A DNA stretch of 64,000 bases from Octopus sinensis. Lineage: Eukaryota. Positions 13,330-25,324 of this stretch are shown here, one piece after another (within the stretch, counting starts at the first letter, position 1; every line of letters begins with the position of its first letter). The notes below the pieces were generated by a model, which did not search any database, had not been told where the DNA came from, and saw only the letters and a program-made list of their open reading frames with translations. Location of the stretch: positions 22,878,001 through 22,942,000 of the forward strand of contig NC_043014.1 of assembly GCF_006345805.1 (NCBI RefSeq), given 5' to 3'. The position numbers and the translations under genes were made by a program.

Positions 13330-13830
13330 CATCAAATAAGAGAAAAAATAATCAAGATCAACAACTACAAACAGTAGGTTTAAAGTAAGAGTACATGTAT
13401 GTATTTTAGGAGTGGGGAGTAATAAAGTTCTTGTTATGCCACCTGACATTTTCCCACAGGATCTTAGAATTAATGCTGCTAGATATGTTGAAGTGCTGTA
13501 GACAGCTATTAAGCCCATGAAGTATGCATGTGGGAGGCTACATGTGTTTCAACAACTCATTACCATCTCACAAAGCCCATGTAGCTCAAGAATGGATGTC
13601 AAGCAATCTTTACAATTATGTAACACTAAACTTGTGACTCCCATAGTCTCCAGATTTAAATCTCATAGAATTCTATATTTGGAGTATTGTTGGAAGGAAG
13701 ACTAATCAACATCCCTATAGTCTCAGGATTTCACTGAAGACCATCATAAGGGCTATTTAGTGCAAGTATGTCACTAATTCTGGCCTGCATTGAAAGAGTA
13801 ATCACAGCTGAAGTTGGATTCATAGAATAA
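13330..13830 (+). mobile_element. Degenerate Tc1/maT-type transposase fragment
   Basis: VMPPDIFPQDLRINAARYVEVL, VFQQ and SPDLN-like remnants. Confidence 0.6.
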
Positions 13831-14010
13831 TTTCATAGGAAAGCTTTTCAAGAATATATGCCTATATATTTTCTATTAAAAAGCATTTAATTTTTGAAAG
13901 GTCAGAGTTGTTTTGTTAAATTTCCAAATATGTTTCATATACCTCATGCACCTTGTACATGCATACATACCCATATACATTCATACATACCCATATACAT
14001 TCATACATAC

Positions 14011-15248
14011 CTTTGCAAAAGTCCTGTTACACTCGTTACAATGCTCTCAACAAATGACACAATGATAGTTTTGATGCAGTTAGACATGTTTTTATTGTTT
14101 AACATATAAATTTGTGTTTAAATATTACTATTGATCAATATGGCCACACTTGATGGCATACACATGCTCCTGGTGAGACCTCAAGGCCATGTACATGTTG
14201 TGGACAAAGTCCTTCCTCATGCTGGCCCACATGCAGTTGACAGAGGACTTCAGCTCATCGGCGTTGCTCTGGTGGACCTTGAAGGCCATACCTTGACATG
14301 TGCCCACACGGTGTAGTTGAGGGGATTGAGGTTGGGTGACTGTGGCAGCCAAAAGTCCTTTGACTAGAATTTCACGTTTTACCCCAACCACACTTGCATG
14401 GCCTTGACTGAGCGGGCTGAGGTACTGTCCTGCTGAAAGACACAGTCTGCCTTCTTCATGATCTTTCTCACCCAGGGCAGGACTTTTGGGGCCAACATGT
14501 CCCTGTAGTCAGCCACAGTGAGCCTGTAACTGGTTGTGAACCACATCGTTGGCATCTTCTCACTATTCGAAGCCACAACGTCAAGCATCATCATGAGGGC
14601 CAGGCACTTATTTTTGGGTACATCCTGGCCGAAGCTGACCACACGGTCATTCTGCATGTTGATGACTGGATTGATCAGGAAAGATTTGTATCAGAAAAAA
14701 TGAGAATTCAGTTGCCATGACACTTCAAATCATTGAGAAGGCGTTGACAGTGCTCCCAACGTTGTTCTTGCATATGGTCGATGAGCAGAGACTTTTTCAT
14801 GCATCTCAAGCTCTTGCCATTCTCCTCCTTGACGGTCCTGGACACTGTGGCCACTGAGATGATGTTCTTTGCAAGTGCAGACATTTTGAATTTCAGATCA
14901 CTTTCAAAAGCCTTTCTCACAGCCAAACAGCTGACAACTTGAGGGCTACCTGATCGAGGTCAATCATTAAGGCCTTCCCTGGTTGAGCCTGTCCATGACT
15001 CTGTGGACAGTCATTCAGCAGACATTGAGCTACTTGATGATGTCAGACTTGTTGTGACCTGCACGCAGGAGAGCAGATTTCCTGATTCTTTTCGCTTCCA
15101 TCCCACTACCCCTGCACACAATGGAAAAGATGTTTTAATGATATGTGTTGGGAAAGTTGAACTTTAAGTATATTTGATGGCACTTTTTCTATTACATACA
15201 TTAACCTCTTGAAAGATCAAAACTGAGTGTAACTGGACTTTTGCAAAG
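14011..15248 (-). mobile_element. maT (DD37D-type) Tc1/mariner transposon with TIRs
   Basis: 24-bp TIR CTTTGCAAAAGTCC(T/A)GTTACACTC at 14011-14034 and 15225-15248; transposase fragments 14128-14926 including CVFQQDS. Confidence 0.8.
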
Positions 15249-15331
15249 CCCAGAATATATATGCATGCATACACATAGCAACTGTTCTCTGACTTATTGC
15301 AATATTATATCAAGCCTCATTTCTAAATATT

Positions 15332-15367
<36 letters not shown>

Positions 15368-15369
<2 letters not shown>

Positions 15370-15505
15370 CAGGCTTCTTTCAGTTTCCATCTACCAAATC
15401 CACTCTCAAGCTATAGTAGAAGACACTTGCACAAGGTGCCATGCAGTGGAACTGAACCTGCAACCATGTGGTTGAGAAGTAAGCTTCTTACCACACAGCC
15501 ATGCA
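15368..15505 (-). mobile_element. SINE head fragment
   Basis: Homologous to 2240-2390. Confidence 0.75.
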
Positions 15506-16074
15506 TGCATATATATATATATTATAATATCAAGGGCTATTACTGTGTGTAAACAATAATGATTTCATGGTCACCATATATTACCATGTTCTCCAATCAT
15601 CAGTACGAACATAACCAGGAAAAATATATATATAAACATCTGTACATACCGAACAAATACAATGCATTCAATACAGTATATACAAATGTTTACACTTATA
15701 AATCTAATTTAAAGGGATCTCTGCCTAGTTCATCTTGCCATGTGTATCTAATCAAAATAATAAGTGGTATACGACTAAACTTTTTTTTATTCAAAGAATT
15801 TCTCCCAGTTTTCATTCTCCTGATGTTGGTGCATGTGTATATTTATTGAAGGAGTTTGACTTTAGAGTCCCATTAAACCATGTGGCTTTTACGCACAGTA
15901 ATAGCCCTTAATATTATAATGTATTTTATATATAAAGGAAAAAATTAGATACCTTGTGTTAATTTTTTTTCCTTAATTGGTTTACATGCTGGCTACTCAA
16001 TAAAATCTTATATAGATCTTATCTTTATATTTTATATCTATATATATACACATACATACATATATATATTTATG

Positions 16075-16925
16075 TTTAATCAAAAATAACTTCCTTACCT
16101 AAGTTTTAACATCTCCTCCTTCGAAATAGTCACCTTGCACTGCAATACTCCAGTCCCACAATGAGCATGCTCTTGATTGAGCTGCAGCTCTGTTGAGCCA
16201 TCTTTGGTCATGGAGATGAAAGGCTCTTCCATTGTGTCAACTGCTGCTTCATCTCAGGGTCATATCCATAGACCCAACTCTCATCACTGGTGCTGATCTT
16301 TAACATGAAGGATGGGTCATCAGATGCACGTTGACAGAGATCTTGACAGTCTTCAACACTATGTACTTTCTGCTCAGTGGTCAGCAGGTGGGGGACAAAC
16401 TTGGCAGAGACATGCCACATGTTCAATTCAGATGTTAGGATTGCCTGCATGGATCCATTTGATAGACCAACAACATCAGCAATTTCGTTGATTGTTCTCT
16501 GACAATGCTTATGCACAAGCTGATGAATTTCCTCCACATTTCTGAGGATGACACTTGCGGCAGGTCTTCCAGATTGCTCATAATCTTCCAGGGACATTCT
16601 TCCACTTTTGAAGCACCCATGCCACTCAAAAGAAGCATTTGACTGAATGCCTCACTATAAGTTTGCCAAAGCATGCTCAATGTCTCTGTAGCAGACTTTC
16701 CAAGTTTAACACAAAATTTCATGTTGGCTTTGATCCAACTTCCTGTCCATGATGAAATCACAGACTACAGCATACACAAAAACACAAATTTCACGGCTTG
16801 CAAAGTAAACTCAGTGATGTCACTTGGCATACTGCCTCATGAAGATCACTGCCAGCAATCATGTGCTGTCATCTCTTGGCACACTACTGAAATAGTCCGG
16901 GAACTTTTTAATACCACCTCTGTCA
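16075..16925 (-). mobile_element. Internally deleted mariner (irritans/Himar1-like)
   Basis: IKANMKFCVKLGKSATETL, SGRP, FVPHLLT, TSDESW and C-terminal IAVQGDYFEG; the rest of the catalytic domain is missing. Confidence 0.85.
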
Positions 16926-17309
16926 TATATATATATATATACATATATATGTATATATAAAAGGCAGGATGTGTGTGTGTACGTGAATGTAATTTATGCA
17001 CATCCACAAATTAGCATGCATGTCGCTCAAATTTTAGGAGGACATTCGTCATGATCCTAGCTGTATTTTCATCAAATTATTTTACCCTGAAGCACCAGTG
17101 AATAGTGGTAAAAATAATTTTGAACCATAACTTCTAACAATTTTCAAGCCTGAGAAATACACCATCATTTACAAATAGTGATGGTGTAAAGTGAGAGAGA
17201 GAAATAACAGATTTTTAAAATTTCATCTTTTTAGTGAGTGATTGACAGACAAAAACAGACAGACAGGGGTTGTTATGTATGTATGTATGTGTGAATGGCT
17301 TCAGTCACA

Positions 17310-19765
17310 CACAGATAAGAAAAAATTTGCCAATGTTCTGCGCCGTGAGGACCAAAGATTTGAGGTATTTCGTATTGCAAGACAGTGTGTGAGAGAGAAT
17401 CGTGATGTGGTAGGAGAGAAATGTGTTCGCATGGATGATGGTTCACTTGCACTAAATGAGGATGCAAAGAGAGAGGTTTGGAGACGCCATTGTGAAAGGT
17501 TGCTGAATGAAGAAAATGAATGGGAGAAAGAGAGTCTGCCGAATGTCGACCCAACAGAGGAACCAGCTATCCAAGTTGACAGTACCTTGGTAGATAAGGC
17601 AATTAGAAGCATGAAGACAGGGAAAGCCCCAGGCCCATCAGGAATTACAGCAGAGATGCTCAAAATATCTGGCAGTGTCGGCTATAGCCTAGTCACCCAT
17701 ATAGTTAACCAGGTGATACACAAAGGAGGCATACCCAATGACTGGTGTAGCAACATAATAGTCAACTGCTACAAAGGTAAAGGTGATGCTTTAGATACAA
17801 ATAATTACAGAGGTATCAATCTGTTGGATCAAGTAATGAAGGTTATGGAGAGGGTCATAGCCCAACTGATTAAGGAGATAGCCAGCTTGGATGAGATGCA
17901 GTTTGGTTTTGTGCCAGGGAAAAGCACCACTGATGCCATATTTCTGGTAAGACAGCTGCAGGAGAAATACCTAGCCAACGATAAGCCCCTGTACCTGGCT
18001 TTTGTTGACACGGAGAAAGCCTTTGACAGGGTCCCCTGATCCCTTATTTGGTGGTCAATGAGGAAACTAGGGATAGATGAATGGTTAGTAAGAGCTCTAC
18101 AAGCCATGTACAGGGACGCTGTAAGTAAGGTGAGGGTTGGCAACAAGTACACTGAAGAATTCAGGGTAGAGATAGGGGGCCACCAAGGTTCAGTCCTCAG
18201 TCCCCTCCTATTTATCATAGTCCTCCAGGCAATAACAGAGGAATTCAAGACAGGATATCCCTGGGAGCTCCTCTATGCTGATGACCTTACTCTAATTGCT
18301 GAGTCACTATCAGAACTAGAGGAGAAGTTTTAAGTGTGGAAACAAGGATTAGAATCGAAGGGCCTTAGAGTCAACCTAGCTAAAACCAAAGTCCTAATAA
18401 GTAGGAAGGCAGGCAAACCACAAATCCCTTCAGGTAGATGGCCCTATTCGATCTGTAGTAGAGGCATAGGTAGAAACGCTATAAGATGTACCCAGTGTAA
18501 GCTATGGACACATAAGAGGTGCAGTATTATCAAAGGGAGGCTAACTTGGAAGATAGTTTTTGTATGTGGCAGATGCTCAGGAGCAATAAACACTGCAAAT
18601 GTGCAGAGACCAATTTCCGCCACTGTCCAGGGAGAAAAACTAGTAGTTGATAGCTTCCATTACCTAGATGACCATGTCAGTAGCGGTGGAGGGTGCACTG
18701 AAAGTGTAGCTGCTAGAATAAGAATAGACTGGGCAAAGTTCAGAGAGTTCTTATCTCTACTGGTAACAAAGGGTCTCTCACTCAGAGTAAAAGGTAGACT
18801 GTATGACACTTGTGTACGAACAGCCATGCTACATTGCAGTGAAACATGGGCTGTGACTGCTGAGGACATGCACAAGCTCGCAAGGAATGAAGCCAGTATG
18901 ATCCGATGTATATGTAATGTCAGTGTGCATACTTGACAGAGTGTAAGTACCTTGAGAGAAATTTTAAACCTAAGAAGCATTAGATGTGGTGTGCAAGAGA
19001 GATGACTGCACTGGTATGGTCATGTGGTGAGAATGGATGAGGATAGCTGTGTGAAAAAGTGCCATACCCTAGCGGTTGAGGGAACCTGTGGAAGAGGTAG
19101 ACCCAGGAAGACCTGAGATGAAGTGGTGAAGCACGACCTTCAAACATTAGGCCTCACCAAGGAAATGACTAGCGACTGAGACTTTTGGAAATACGTTGTG
19201 CTTGAGAAGTCCTGGCAAGCCAAATGAGACCATAACCTGTGGCCAATGAAATGACACCATAACCTGTGGCCTATGCCAGGAGTGTAACCAGCCCACTTAT
19301 GCCTACCTTTTCCTTCTTTGGTCACTAAACTTCGCTTGAGGCAAGTGAAATCAAAATCAAATTCGACAACTAGCATTCGTGCTAGTGGGGTGCAAAGAGC
19401 ACCATCCGAGCATGATCGTTGCCAGAGCAGCCAACTGGCTCTGTGCCAGTGGCACGTAAAAGGGCACCATTCAAGTGGTATCATTACCAACGTTGCCTTA
19501 CTGGCACCTGTGCCGGTGGCATGTGTAAAAAGATTCGAGCGAGGTCATTGCCAGTACCGCCTGACTGAACCCATGTCAGTGGTACGTAAAAAGCACCCAC
19601 TACATTCTCAGAGTGGTTGGCATTAGGAAGGGCATCCAGCTGTAGAAACTCTGCCAGATCAAGATTGGTGCTTGGTGCGGCCGTCTGCTTCACCAGCCCT
19701 CAGTCAAGATCGTCCAACCTATGCTAGCATGGAGAGCGGATGTTAAAAGATGATGATGATGATGA

Positions 19766-19770
<5 letters not shown>
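17310..19770 (+). mobile_element. 5'-truncated RTE-clade LINE (RT pseudogene, 3'UTR, (GAT)n tail)
   Basis: KAPGPSG, NYRGINLL, FVDTEKAFDRVP, HQGSVLSP and LLYADDL motifs in one frame with nonsense codons at 18037, 18331 and 18934. Confidence 0.95.
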
Positions 19771-19810
<40 letters not shown>

Positions 19811-19998
19811 ATATAAACAATATTCTCCGTTTCTTCACAACTAATTTCCAAATTAGCTGAATCCGTTGCTCAACTCATAGTGACATATAGCTGGTCGTGC
19901 GTGAACATGGGAGAGAGCAGAAGTTACGAGAGTAAAAATCCTAAGTGTTGACTGTAGACACACTCCTTCGCAAATGATCAGCTATTATTTTCTTAACA

Positions 19999-20062
19999 AT
20001 GTTTCGAAACTGTTCATGTTTTCGAAAGGAGAGATCTGACTCTTACATCTCTGCAGGAGAAG
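19999..20062 (+). CDS. Candidate first coding exon MFRNCSCFRKERSDSYISAGE(G), phase-1 donor
   Basis: AACAATG start context, AG|GTATGC donor and non-repetitive CpG-containing upstream sequence. No homology support. Confidence 0.3.
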
Positions 20063-21352
20063 GTATGCCTCTCTACTCCTCTTACAGAACTTACGTTCAG
20101 GTGCCAAATGTGCCTCAATTGATGGTATTACTCAGGCAGGAGGTGGTGGTGGGACAGGGGCAGGGGCAGGGGCAAGGGTGTACAAAATACATGTATGCAA
20201 TAGGTGTATGTACGTATATGTTTGTGTGTGTGTGTGTGTTGCCCTTATATATATATATATACTTAGTTGTGATCTGAACATAACCGCTTCTCACACAGAA
20301 GATCGGGGGCCCTTTTGGGTATTTTATTTTCTTTGCTGGAAGGGTTCCCAACCCATGGGCAAAGGGGGTTACATGATGGGGGTGGTGTTTTCAAAAGGGC
20401 TGGCATATGCAACCTGATCACCTCTGCCAATCAAACTCCCAACCCATGCACTCCCATCACGACACTGATTCTGCAGAACTGGTTTGGGTATGAAAACCAA
20501 CTTTAAAGTATAAATATAGACGTTTTTGAATTAGCAATGTTGTGGTCAGTTAAGTCCTATTTGGGGTGAAAAATCAATAAACTATTTCCTTATGGGGTTT
20601 TCAATTTAATCAGGATAAAAAAATTGATAAACCCATTCCTTATAGGATTTCCCACTAAAATTGGCTACACCACATTTTCAACCATAACTTTTACCAATTT
20701 TGATGTATTTCGTTCAAACTTGATGCCAGCATTACTTTGGACTCATGGGATCTTAAGTTCTTCAAAAACGAAAATAAAAAAAACAAAAAAACAATCGAGT
20801 GGAAAAAAATCGATAAACCGATTCCTTATGGGATTTCCCAATCAAATTGTCTGCAACTTACTTTCAACCAAAAGTTTACCAATTTCAATGGATTTCGCTC
20901 AAATTTGACGTTGATGCTACTTAGTTTGGTTTGAAATAAAGGCTATACTGCTAGTATGTAATAAATAACATTCAGATGAATATGGTACATAAGTTGAGGT
21001 ACCAGAATTTAGTATGGTATTATCCATACAATTTCAAAATAAGGTGATTAAAAAATAATAAATAACATATATATATATATATATGCATATATGGGTACAG
21101 GACATCACCAACTGTGCAAATAACATGAAATACGTAAACAAATGAGTTAAAGAGAGAGAGAGAGAGAGAGAGAGAAAGAAAGAGGAGGAGAGAGAGAGAC
21201 AGATACAAAACATTGAAGGAGGGAGGGGGAGAAAAAAGGAATTAGAGAAGGATGGAGAAAGAAAACAGTATAGAGTAGAGTCGCATCAAAAAGGTGAAGG
21301 TAAACTTACTTGAAAATGGATGCATCGCATGCAATTAAATAATAAATAATAT

Positions 21353-21401
<49 letters not shown>

Positions 21402-21589
21402 ATATAAACAATATTCTCCGTTTCTTCACAACTAATTTCCAAATTAGCTGAATCCGTTGCTCAACTCATAGTGACATATAGCTGGTCGTGCGTGAACATG
21501 GGAGAGAGCAGAAGTTACGAGAGTAAAAATCCTAAGTGTTGACTGTAGACACACTCCTTCGCAAATGATCAGCTATTATTTTCTTAACA

Positions 21590-21653
21590 ATGTTTCGAAA
21601 CTGTTCATGTTTTCGAAAGGAGAGATCTGACTCTTACATCTCTGCAGGAGAAG
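21590..21653 (+). CDS. Second identical copy of the candidate first exon
   Basis: Same sequence in the second tandem unit. Confidence 0.25.
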
Positions 21654-22938
21654 GTATGCCTCTCTACTCCTCTTACAGAACTTACGTTCAGGTGCCAAAT
21701 GTGCCTCAATTGATGGTATTACTCAGGCAGGAGGTGGTGGTGGGACAGGGGCAGGGGCAGGGGCAAGGGTGTACAAAATACATGTATGCAATAGGTGTAT
21801 GTACGTATATGTTTGTGTGTGTGTGTGTTGCCCTTATATATATATATATACTTAGTTGTGATCTGAACATAACCGCTTCTCACACAGAAGATCGGGGGCC
21901 CTTTTGGGTATTTTATTTTCTTTGCTGGAAGGGTTCCCAACCCATGGGCAAAGGGGGTTACATGATGGGGGTGGTGTTTTCAAAAGGGCTGGCATATGCA
22001 ACCTGATCACCTCTGCCAATCAAACTCCCAACCCATGCACTCCCATCACGACACTGATTCTGCAGAACTGGTTTGGGTATGAAAACCAACTTTAAAGTAT
22101 AAATATAGACGTTTTTGAATTAGCAATGTTGTGGTCAGTTAAGTCCTATTTGGGGTGAAAAATCAATAAACTATTTCCTTATGGGGTTTTCAATTTAATC
22201 AGGATAAAAAAATTGATAAACCCATTCCTTATAGGATTTCCCACTAAAATTGGCTACACCACATTTTCAACCATAACTTTTACCAATTTTGATGTATTTC
22301 GTTCAAACTTGATGCCAGCATTACTTTGGACTCATGGGATCTTAAGTTCTTCAAAAACGAAAATAAAAAAAACAAAAAAACAATCGAGTGGAAAAAAATC
22401 GATAAACCGATTCCTTATGGGATTTCCCAATCAAATTGTCTGCAACTTACTTTCAACCAAAAGTTTACCAATTTCAATGGATTTCGCTCAAATTTGACGT
22501 TGATGCTACTTAGTTTGGTTTGAAATAAAGGCTATACTGCTAGTATGTAATAAATAACATTCAGATGAATATGGTACATAAGTTGAGGTACCAGAATTTA
22601 GTATGGTATTATCCATACAATTTCAAAATAAGGTGATTAAAAAATAATAAATAACATATATATATATATATGCATATATGGTACAGGACATCACCAACTG
22701 TGCAAATAACATGAAATACGTAAACAAATGAGTTAAAGAGAGAGAGAGAGAGAGAGAGAGAAAGAAAGAGGAGGAGAGAGAGAGACAGATACAAAACATT
22801 GAAGGAGGGAGGGGGAGAAAAAAGGAATTAGAGAAGGATGGAGAAAGAAAACAGTATAGAGTAGAGTCGCATCAAAAAGGTGAAGGTAAACTTACTTGAA
22901 AATGGATGCATCGCATGCAATTAAATAATAAATAATAT

Positions 22939-22975
<37 letters not shown>

Positions 22976-22982
22976 GTGAAGG

Positions 22983-23025
<43 letters not shown>

Positions 23026-23028
<3 letters not shown>

Positions 23029-23321
23029 TGACGCATATTTGCCATTTGAATATGGCTAACCCCTAAGGGTGGATGCTACTGTAGTTTGTAGCCCCAGGAA
23101 GATATCTCCTCCAGCTGGCTATAGACACATTATCTGTGTCCTCTCAGTGTTTGTGAAGGGGAGTCATCCTCCCCGTCTTCAACTCATGATACACACGGAC
23201 CTGAGTTTCAAGGTGTTTACTTTTCATCAGCGTGTGACAATCATGGTTGTCGACGAGAAGTCAGCTCCCTTCACAAATACATATACTTTTTCTAGTGTCG
23301 ATTGACACTGATATTGAAAAA
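23026..23321 (-). mobile_element. Inverted copy of the ~350-nt hammerhead-bearing repeat unit
   Basis: 23026-23256 is the reverse complement of 28950-29180 (about 5 differences); 23231-23321 is homologous to 23552-23642. Confidence 0.85.
23192..23236 (-). ncRNA. Minimal type I hammerhead ribozyme motif
   Basis: CACACG-CTGATGA-AAAGT(AAAC)ACCTT-GAAA-C(TCAG)G-TC-CGTGTG; perfect 6-bp stem I, GUC site, one mismatch in stem II. Confidence 0.65.
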
Positions 23322-23642
23322 GATGGGGAGGATGAAGAGGATGAAGTTGAAGGATGACTCCCCTTCACAAATACTGAGAGGACACAGATAGTGTGTCTAT
23401 AGCCAGCTGGAGGAGATATCTTCCTGGGGCTACAAACTACAGTAGCATCCACCCTTAGGGGTTAGCCATATTCAAATGGCAAATAAGCATCACGATGTGC
23501 TACTGCTACTGTTTATAACTCGCTCTGAGATTTATCATTGTTTGATTTCACTTTTTCAATATCAGCGACAGTGGACGCTGGAAAAAGTATAAGTATTTGT
23601 GAAGGAGATCTAATTCTCGCCGACAACTATGATTGTTATTCG
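23322..23642 (+). mobile_element. Plus-strand partial repeat unit(s) upstream of Tx1
   Basis: 23350-23539 matches 29035-29224 (3 differences); 23552-23642 is a ~80% identical copy of the unit's 5' part. Confidence 0.8.
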
Positions 23643-23859
23643 TCTAGGGACCCCTCTTTCATCTGCGTTTTGAGAATTTTGCTGCTTTTTTGTTGAGTGA
23701 GTTCGTATTTTTTGTTCGTCGTTGTTTGTGTTACTCGTGAATTGAACAGTTGTCCATTGTGTAACAGTAATTTTCGCCCTAAGGGGCAGAAAATTCTGTG
23801 TTTAAACATTGTCATTACCTTTAATTTTTTTGAAACATTTGTTCTCATAATTTTGAGAA

Positions 23860-25297
23860 ATGGATTTCGACTTGGCGTCAAGGAGTGACTTTCCCGTGAT
23901 GGGAAAAGGTGAACAAAAGGAGACCGAAGTCAAAAAACAGTCTTTTTCGGCCACAGTGGGCGGAACCGTAACGGATGTAGAATTTAAGATTGAACAGTTA
24001 TTCGAATACCGGAACTTGGTAAAAACGGAAGGAAATGAAATTAAACTGGTACCGCCGCAAGCGAAGATACAGAAAATAAAGGCAAAGACAGTTGTATACA
24101 AAGTTTATAGCAACAAAGAAAAAAAAATTATGGATGTCAAGAACGAGATAGTAGAAAAGTGCTTGTCCCCGGTGTGGGACAAAATTCGCCACGTTGTTCG
24201 AGGTGCTTGCAGCGCTACCGTTGAAGCACATTTCGACTCGGCTGATGTGGCAAGAGAGGTGTCATCAATGACCTTGAAAAGTGAGGATATCATGTTGCTA
24301 CCTTCGTATATGGGGAAAAGATCAGCCAAACTACATGTAGAGGATATACCGAGAGGGTATGATATAATGTGGGTAGCAGTGGCAGTCCTGCACAACGTAG
24401 AGTGGGAAGTTTCAATTCTGCAGATGAGAAGGAAAGAGGAGGTGCACTGGAAAGGACAAACGCTAGAACTCCTCGTTCAAGCAGAAAATAAGATACTAGA
24501 AAACTTACCCGATAGGGTATTTAATGAGGAGGGAACCTCAATGAGAGTGTCGGTGGAGGGGCACAGACCTAGGTGCTTCAAATGTGGCGAAAAGGGTCAC
24601 GTTCGCTCAAACTGCTTAAAAAAAAAGAAAATCAATGAAGCCCCTCCTCAAAGTGCTTCAAACACTGAAAAAGAAAAGGCGGGAAAAGAACCCAAGACTG
24701 CGACAAGGAAAGGAACCGAAACGGAAGATAAAAATGAACAGATGGAATATACACAGGTGACACACAAAAGAAAAAAAACATAACACCCTGGACTCCCCTC
24801 CCCAAACAAAGAAAAAATCAGCAAACACCGCAGAGATACATATAAAACAAATTCCCCAGCCCTACCCCCACGGCACTGTATTCATTGGAACACAGTTCGC
24901 CAAGCCCCTCCCCATAAAACAAGATTTGAAAAAATTGTTAAAAAAAAATGATAAGATTATAGCATTTGACGAGAAGAACGATAGGGTGTACAAGTATTTC
25001 AAATTTTCAAAATTTAAACTATTCAGTAAGTCTACAGACACAAAATCAACCACTCGCTTCGCAAAAATAAAGGAAGACGAGTGGAAGGAAAAAACACTAC
25101 AAGAACATTTAAAGAATAATCTTATAAGAGATGTAACGAAAGAAATACTGGAGGGTAAACTTATTATAACCCCGGCAACCACACCTACCCAGAGCCCGAT
25201 GGCAACGCCGGTTAAGAGCCCTGCAGCTATGACCACAAGGGAGGAAGAAGGGGAAGCAGGCAGATTTAAACTGTCATGCTCCCTGTCTCAACCGTAA
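23860..25297 (+). pseudogene. Tx1 ORF1 (gag-like, CCHC zinc knuckle) with one frameshift
   Basis: CFKCGEKGHVRSNC knuckle; the frame shifts in the A-run at ~24771-24778 and the other frame stays open to 25297. Confidence 0.8.
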
Positions 25298-25324
25298 GTT
25301 TGTTTATTTTTTCTCTCACCGACA

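Larger units (their letters stand above)
19800..22970. repeat. Tandem duplication of a ~1.59-kb unit (about 19800-21370 and 21392-22970)
   Basis: ORF pairs offset by 1586-1591 nt; visible differences are limited to microsatellite/homopolymer length; (TA)n at the junctions. Confidence 0.95.

Noticed and set aside
16955-17240. Helitron-like non-autonomous element
   Set aside because: The start resembles TATATAAAA..GTGTGTGT Helitron-type ends, but no 3' hairpin or CTAG terminus was found.
17273-18980. Antisense ORFs over the RTE, and similar ones over Tx1 and the PLE
   Set aside because: Shadow ORFs opposite transposon coding sequence with no motifs of their own.
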